DNA from: Macrostomum lignano
Taxonomy: Eukaryota
Reading direction: 5' to 3'
Length of the DNA stretch: 28,868 nucleotides
Assembly (NCBI GenBank): GCA_002269645.1
Contig: NIVC01004999.1
Coordinates: 1 to 28,868 of the forward strand
Under the pieces are notes generated by a model that was not told the origin of the DNA, did no database searches, and was given only the letters and a program-made list of their open reading frames with translations. Each line of letters begins with the position of its first letter. Within the stretch, counting starts at the first letter, position 1. Both the position numbers and the translations under genes were made by a program. Positions 22,371-28,868 of the stretch are shown here, in pieces.

Positions 22371-24569
22371 AAAAAAATGTTTTCTTAAATTCACCTCTCG
22401 GCTTAGCGTTGCTGAATTTATATCTGGATGAAAATCTTTTGTCGTATTTTCACCTGGAATGCCTGACCCGACTGGAAGTCCTGAGTCTCGAGGGCTGTCG
22501 AATCGCGAATATCGAGCAGGAATCGCTGCCCAAGTCGAAATCGCTCAGGGAAATCAATCTCGATAGCAACAGAATTTTCGCCATCGCTCCGGGCGTTTTT
22601 GAACAGCTTGAAAAGCTTGAGTTTGTTCGGCTACATCATAACAGGCTGATGCACTTTTATGCGAACAGTTTCAAAACGCCCCCAAGATCGACCTTGGCGT
22701 CCAGAGTCATCATACACATTGCCAACCAGAGCGATATACCCATATGCGACTGCAGCCACGTATATAAGAAGATACTGCAGGATGAGGAGTTTGGAAATCC
22801 CCAAAAAAGCTACGTTTATCCGAGGATTTTGCCAGAAGATATGTCCACCGAGTGCCAGTTCTTCTCCAGATTCAGCTCAACCAGAGTGGTAAAGAAACTA
22901 AGCGAATCAAATCAAAGTGAGTTTCTATGTGAATTCCAGGACAATCAAAAGCACAAGCTGCCCTGGAATTACTGTAACGAAAACGTCACTATTATGGGTC
23001 GAGAAAAGTGCTTTGTGAAGTGCATCTACGGCTGCCGGTGTTACCACGATGACGGATGGGATATTTCTGACCTGGACTGCACCCCGGGCAATTCCACAGT
23101 CACCACCGACCTGGTTAAGATGCGATTCGAATTCCCAATCAAGTACATGTTCATGGCCGGACTTAAGGACTCGGAGTTCTTCCGGCACGTCTCCAAGGGA
23201 TCATTTAAATGGTTGAACGAAAGCGATTCAAATGAATTACTGTTCTTGCAGCTGAATAATAGCAACGTCAAATATGTTGAGAAAGATGCGTTCGCAAATT
23301 TTGAGAACATAGTTGTTATTTACCTGCACGACAACAATATTACCAGCATTAATCCGAGCCCTTTTATTGGAAACTGCTTTTTAAATAAAAATCTAAACCA
23401 GATCACGCTGCATAACAACAGAATGAACTACATCGACCCGGCAATAATTAATGGAACGTGTCCTGTGGGCCTTTCAGGTGTGAGCTTAAGCGGCAATCCG
23501 TGGCACTGCTCCTGCCATGGAAAATGGATCGAGCTCCACAAAACACTCATCCAGGACTCTAGAAAAACACAAACAGTATCGGACTTCCGAAATATGTATT
23601 GCACAATTGACGCGTCTATAGTTGGTGCATGCACGGAGAACCGTGAAAATCTGCAATGGAGTGACGTATGCCAAAATGCAAATGATACGGCTAATTACCC
23701 AGTTGCCGACGAAGGCAGACTTGTCAAAGTTTGCGAGCTCATAGCGGACTCGGCAGTGCAGCAGCGAAGGCAGATCGTCCGGATGATTCTAACCTCAGTA
23801 TTCGGTCTCGCGCTGCTCGGTGTCGCGATGCTCGCCGTCCGCCGTCGACACCGACTGCTGGCCGTGGTTCGAGTCCTCATCCTCCTCAAGTACCAGAGCA
23901 GTCGGCGACTGCAGCAGCAGGCATCTCGGGACTCGCTGCCGTACGACGCGATGCTGTGGGCGTCGGACAGAGACCAGGACTGTCTGGTCGACGTGCTGAA
24001 CTGCGTGCGCAGCGCCTCGGGCGGAGACGAGCTCGAGCTGTGCGTTCCGGAGAGCTTCCTCTACTCGGACCTGTGCTCCTGTCCACTCACCTACTTTGAC
24101 TGTCCGGCTGAGGGAGCCAAGTTCAGCGGCAAGGTGGTGGTGGCTTTGTCCGAGAGGTTTCTCGACACCCAGTACCTGGCTCTGTGTCAGGTGATTCGAG
24201 AGCTCGACAGCTTAGGTCGGAATCCGTTCAAGGACATCGTGTTTCTGCGCCTGAGCTCGCGCAGAGTGTCGCTTCAGCGCCAGAGACAGCTCGGACCTGA
24301 GGACGTGGAGGCGTTCCACACTCTGCAGAGAATCCTCGCAGAGAGCGACATCGAATACAAGTCCGTGGACTGGGAGTACAGACTCATCGAGCGCATTCGG
24401 AACCGAGATCCGGCCGCTGTTCTCCTGTTGGACCGAACAGCGGAACTGGAGTTACCGACGGCAGCTGCTGGCGGTTCGGAAAGACCAGCCGCTACAGCAA
24501 CTGCGGAGCTTCCTGATCTTCCTGACGATGAGCAGGCGCTGATTGTCGACGTTGAGCAGCCAGTTACGA
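22371..24569 (+). CDS. TLR-like gene B, exon 2 (LRRs, Cys clusters, TM, TIR-like domain 1); 5' boundary uncertain
   Basis: The frame is open from 22358 through ORF 22409-24598. Homology to gene A starts at EKNVF after the acceptor tttttcag (22370). NPWHCSC, TM IVRMILTSVFGLALLGVAMLAV, YDAMLWAS. Donor a|gtaagt at 24570 (phase 1). Confidence 0.85.
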
Positions 24570-24792
24570 GTAAGTATAACTGCCAGAGCTTTTTGTAGTC
24601 TCACTTGCCCCTTTAGTTGTTAATTTCGTTCCGAAAATTAAACTCTGATACGCAACTCTAGAGTACTACACGTAGCTCGTACATTGAGTTGAATTAGACA
24701 TTTTCTTATCTCGAGAAACTCATGATGCATCTAAAGAAACAATTTTTATTTGTAAAGCTCCAAGCTAACGTTTTAATCAACATATTCAAAAG

Positions 24793-25211
24793 TTCGAGCC
24801 GCCGCCGCTCCCGGTGCGGCTGTCAGTGACTGGCCACCGTTCCACTCGGACAAAGTGCCGGAGGTCTTCATCCTGTCTGCTCCTGAGTCCGCCTCTGACT
24901 CCGAGTCCCGAGCCGACCCAGATTCGAGCTCAAACACCGTCGTCGAGCTCATCGTTCGTCGCCTCCAAGGCGTTCGGCTCGGCACCAATGACGCGGCCCT
25001 GGCTGCTCGCTGGCCTGACAACTTCGAGGGCGCCTCGCCAGCCGGCCGCATCAACAGCTTCCTGATGAAGCGAACTCGCCAGTTCGTGCTGCTGCTCAGC
25101 AACGGCCTGCTCAGTTGGCTCAGAGACGAGGCCGAGCTGCAGTGCGAGTTCCAAGCCTTCCTCGCTGCGAACTCGTTCAGACGCCGCCTGCTGGTAGTTC
25201 AGGTTGGACAG
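24793..25211 (+). CDS. TLR-like gene B, exon 3 (second TIR-like domain)
   Basis: Acceptor aaaag|tt is phase 1. From 24828 it is nearly identical to gene A exon 3. Donor cag|gtgaga at 25212. Confidence 0.7.
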
Positions 25212-25252
25212 GTGAGACTGAGTGAGCAGGTGTGAGTTTTGAGTAGCTTTGC

Positions 25253-25424
25253 CTCACTGCTGTGTGAGTGAGACAGCTCTCCCTCACTGCTGTGTGTGAG
25301 TGAGACAGCTCTCCCTCCCTGCTGTGTGAGTGAGACAGCTCTCTCTCACTGCTTTGTGAGTGAGACAGCTCTCCCTCACTGCTGTGTGAGTGAGACAGCT
25401 CTCCCTCACTGCTGTTTGAGTGAG
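25253..25424. repeat. 30 bp intronic minisatellite (ctcactgctgtgtgagtgagacagctctcc), 5 full copies plus 1 partial
   Basis: Units start at 25253, 25283, 25315, 25345, 25375 and 25405. Confidence 0.93.
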
Positions 25425-25447
25425 TATCGATCTTTATTCACTCGCAG

Positions 25448-25621
25448 GTGGACAGCCGGTCGAGAGCTCGCTACCGGGCGCTGGCGAATCAGCGATTGGA
25501 CGGCGGGGAGTCCGGGTCGGCGACGAACTGGTACGACATGAGCGCCGAGGACTGCGACGTCGAGGCGCTGGGGTTGTGGCTGGACGGAGTGCTGTACAAA
25601 AAGGCTGATTTACGTAAATAA
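25448..25621 (+). CDS. TLR-like gene B, terminal exon
   Basis: Acceptor ctcgcag|gtg. It reads VDSRSRARYRALANQRL...LGLWLDGVLYKKADLRK*, with TAA at 25619-25621. Confidence 0.7.
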   Translation: MDSRSRARYRALANQRLDGGESGSATNWYDMSAEDCDVEALGLWLDGVLYKKADLRK

Positions 25622-26329
25622 TATTTAATTTTAAATTGGACATCCATGGCACATTTTGACTTGAATAGCTCGTACACTCTAAGAAACTAGAAAACGTAGA
25701 CTTAAATTCTGAAGTGTCATATAGACAATTTATATGTACTTATCCGTATATGGTATACGTACTTTAGTTGTTGAGGATTCAAACCTAGGCTACTATTAGT
25801 AGCTAGTATAAATCTTCTCCACGAAGAAGTAGAAGAATTTATGCAGCGAATCTGTGCCATAGACCTATTTTTCGTATTTTGTACTTTATTTCCAGCTTTT
25901 TGACAGCGGTTTCTGGCAGACGTATCCGGAAGACGTTTGTCTTACTGTTTATTTGGTCGTGAGCTTTTTGGTCTTTTCGATTTCTTCATCGTGCGCCTAT
26001 TTTTGTTTTGGAAAAAATCTTTAATCTTTTTTTAAGTTTTAATGCCTTCAGGTTGTTGCTGTCTTATTGTAGAGATCATCACTCGAAAACTTTTATAGCG
26101 AGCGTGTGAATTGGTTATAATTTTCTGGTAACTCTGCCATTTTTTTTCTTAGCTAAAGTACTAATCTTAGTTAGCTTAAAAATATGTACTTCCCTAAATT
26201 TTTAAATATCTGTATTAACAGAGTGTTTTTCATCGTTATCTATCGACAAATTATCCAAAAAGGTCGTGAGAACTTTTAACTTACGCCTGTGTACTTCTGA
26301 ATGATACATGCAGCATATGAAGGAAGGTC

Positions 26330-26939
26330 TCAGTAGTCTATGGCTCTGAGCTGGCAGAGATTCTCGGACCTGAAAACGTCGGAGAGGTCCGCGTTTGGGC
26401 CGAGGTAGGTGAGCCTGTCCGTAGGTGAGCCTGTCCGTAGGTGAGCCTGTCCGTAGGTGAGCCTGTCCGTAGGTGAGCCTGTCCGTAGGTGAGCCTGTCC
26501 GTAGGTGAGCCTGTCCGTAGGTGAGCCTGTCCGTAGGTGAGCCTGTCCGTAGGTGAGCCTGTCCGTAGGTGAGCCTGTCCGTAGGTGAGCCTGTCCGTAG
26601 GTGAGCCTGTCCGTAGGTGAGCCTGTCCGTAGCTGAGCCTGTCCGTAGGTGAGCCTGTCCGTAGGTGAGCCTGTCCGTAGGTGAGCCTGTCCGTAGGTGC
26701 GCATGTCCGTAGGTGAGCCTGGGGCGTTCACAGATGAAGTGCTCCGCATTCTCAACACCGGAGAGGCAGAATGGGCATTCCTCATTGCAGATTTTCCTCT
26801 TGAGGTAACAACCGTGACCCGAGAGAGTCATGGTCACCGCCCTGATGTCCCTGCGGTTGAGTCCAAGTAGGGCCCCTCGAAGGGCGGTGGTAAGACAGGG
26901 GCCAGCCGCAGGCATTGCCGGTAGTCTGTGGCGTTAGAG
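26330..26939 (-). mobile_element. 3' end of ORF2 of an RNase H-containing non-LTR retrotransposon (Cys/His knuckle region), interrupted by a 16 bp array
   Basis: LLGLNRRDIRAVTMTLSGHG...CPFCLSGVENAEHFICERP, resuming after the array as RLTYLGPNADLS. This is the C-terminal motif typical of I/R1/LOA-group LINEs. Confidence 0.8.
26405..26720. repeat. 16 bp minisatellite (gtaggtgagcctgtcc), ~19 copies
   Basis: gtaggt at 26405 and 26421 (period 16); nearly perfect. Confidence 0.96.
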
Positions 26940-27128
26940 GCATGCAATAGTGGGCTCAGCACCAGGCTTACGAGCTACGGTCTGCGATCCTACACACCTG
27001 CACCCCCCCCCTTTATTCATGGTGCAGGAATGGCAGGAGAACTCTCTCCAAGCTGACTCACAAGCCGACCCAGGGGTTCACGTTCCGCATGTGTTCAAGG
27101 CAGCTCTAGGGCTGCTGGACTGACTGGG
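26940..27128 (+). ncRNA. HDV/CPEB3-like self-cleaving ribozyme candidate
   Basis: P1 GCATGC (26940-45)/GCATGT (27087-92) with G1.U wobble; P2 CCCAG (27069-73)/CTGGG (27124-28); P3 GGG/TCC; L3 TTCACGT, identical to the CPEB3 L3; J1/4 GT; P4 hairpin 27095-27119; J4/2 CTGA. Confidence 0.65.
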
Positions 27129-27947
27129 CTCCGGCGGTGGCAACCCATCCGTGGGCTTGGCCGCTTTGGGTACGGGCTCCGCCCGGAAGTGAACCTGTGC
27201 GTATCAGGTACCTCTGGCCACGGCTCTGAGGAACAGGTATCACCCTCTGACCTTAACAGGCTATGCGGCCAGTCCGCAGGCTCCGGGGACAGCCTTTTGT
27301 TCCCTCAAGGGCCCAGTGTACCACCGTGCTGATGCTCTTTTGGTTTGGCCTCTGGTTTTTCCAAGCCGGGCTCTTAGCCGGGGAGTTTCTCGGTTGCTAG
27401 CGGTCGGGCCGGTAAGGGCTTAAGCTACCCCCCGATCGCTACCTCTTGGCCTGGCTGTTGGGTTTGGGGTCACGGCGCAGCGTCTTCTCATCTCTAGCCC
27501 CCACTCGCCTTTCAGCGACTCATGGAGTATTCATTTACCTCCGCCACGTCCGAGGCTGCTGGAGCACCAAACAAGGTTGGTACCGGGCTTAGCCGGACAT
27601 TCGCAACACCGGAACCTTGGGTGACTCTTAGTCAGCCCCTTCCGCCACTCAGGACAATACCGAAGTAGCTGGACAACAGGACGGCGGACCTCAGACCTCT
27701 AAAAAGAAGGCCCGTAGCATTGCTCGCTACAAAGCTTTTCTCCAGCCCAAAGCGGAGGAACGGAGGAGTGCGAAAGCCGCCTCTCCGGCCACCTCTGAGG
27801 AGGGTGCCGGTAACTCTGCGAATCTCGGAGAGAGGAGCCGACATCCGACAAGGCCCCTCCCGTGGTGGGACCTCTGCCCGTGTGGAAACTCCCACGGCCG
27901 CGGAGAGATCCAAAGCGGGGGACGCTGGCCAACTCTCCGGAGGAGCA
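26940..27947 (+). mobile_element. Inserted fragment resembling the 5' end (5' UTR plus degenerate ORF1 N-terminus) of a LINE, antisense to the host LINE
   Basis: It begins with a ribozyme-like fold. Frameshifted basic, low-complexity coding from ~27522 (MEYSFTS... / QTSKKKARSIARYKAFLQPKAEERRSAKA). Flanked by gca at 26940-26942 and 27945-27947; removing it rejoins the host ORF2 in frame. Confidence 0.55.
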
Positions 27948-28868
27948 CCTCTCCGGTTCTTTGATGCCACCCACAGGTTGATCCGAGTCGTGACAACGGG
28001 GCCACAGACAGGGGACCAGTAAAAGAACCGGTCGAGCCAGCCTTGGCCAGGCGATCGGCCAGCTTGTTGTCGGGGAGGTCCGAGTACCCCGGGATCCACC
28101 TTAGGGACACATTGTAGGAGGCGCTGAAGAGGTTAGGCTGCGCGATGCAGTCGAGGACTGTACGGAAGCTGGTGGTGGTACGTTCAAGTGGATAGGCGCT
28201 TGACTGTCTGAGTGGAGGATAATCTCCTTCCCCCGAACACGCTGATTGTACGGCTCCATGGCGCAGGAGCTGATGTCGAGAACTTCGTTCTGGAAGAAAA
28301 CGGTAGAGCAGGTGCCGATTTGCTGGAGAAGGTCTTCGCGGTTCTCCCTCCAGACACGATGCAGTAGCCGTAACCAGAGGCGGAGTTGATTTGGGACCCG
28401 TCAGTGAAGCAGTGAGTTTCACGGGCTTTCCAGTTGTCCCTTGTTTCGTGACGTGGTGGAATGCTGGTTTTGAATTTGAGCGAAGGACAGAGCGAGAACG
28501 GGATTCCATCCGAGAGGTCGACAGGCTCCCACTGCTTTGATGTACGGCCGGAGGTTCCGCTTTCTGAAGGCGAGCAGACGGCGGGTGGTCTTCATTGCCT
28601 CCCTTCTGACAAAGAGGTCAAGGGGGAAGGTCCAGGAAGGTGCTCATTGCTGATAAGGGCGTCATGATAGCTCGACAAGCCCGGCCCTGCACCCTGTTAA
28701 GAGCTTCATGAACCCTTTCACCTTCAGGGCACTGTTCGAATGAAGCTGGCAAAAGAGATGCCGGTCTCATAATGGAAGTGTAATCCACCAGAGGCGGGGG
28801 TGAAGCCACAGCTATAGCGCGAGCAAACCCAGGAAGACTTTGAGCCGGCGAAGTGGACTGCAAGATTT
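27948..28868 (-). mobile_element. Degenerate LINE ORF2: end of RT thumb plus RNase H
   Basis: LNRVQGRACRAIMTPLSAMSTFLDLPP (RT C-terminal region) and TTSFRTVLDC...VSLRWIPGYSDLPDNKLADRLAKAG..FTGP (RNase H motif WxPGH...GNE.AD.LAK), with several frameshifts. Confidence 0.82.

Noticed and set aside
26202-26785. RLTYGQAHLRTGSPTD repeat proteins (ORFs 26202-26915 and 26330-26785)
   Set aside because: Translation of a 16 bp array cycling through frames inside a dead LINE.

Overview
Eukaryotic (invertebrate animal) genomic DNA with spliceosomal introns and many minisatellites; it is not prokaryotic and has no CRISPR array. (1) 318-7187 (+): the last four coding exons of an ERCC6/CSB (Rad26-family SNF2 ATPase) gene. 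Each intron carries a minisatellite, and a possible small antisense spliced ORF lies in the last intron. (2) ~8340-8790: a decayed Penelope-like element with a GIY-YIG relic and a minimal hammerhead-like motif. (3) 9174-14016 and 20218-25621 (+): two tandem paralogous Toll-like receptor-like genes. The architecture is signal peptide, multiple-cysteine-cluster LRR ectodomain, TM, and two TIR-like domains. The ectodomains are strongly diverged while the TIR regions are ~99% identical at DNA level. Copy A has a CGA>TGA stop immediately before the TM helix, which predicts a soluble ectodomain. Copy B has an unresolved exon1/exon2 phase mismatch. (4) 26330-28868: an RNase H-containing non-LTR retrotransposon (- strand), interrupted by a ~1 kb + strand insert that begins exactly at the predicted cleavage site of an HDV/CPEB3-like ribozyme. 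Organism cannot be determined from the sequence; the style is reminiscent of a free-living flatworm assembly, but that is only a guess. All homology calls are by-eye recognition of motifs, not database searches.
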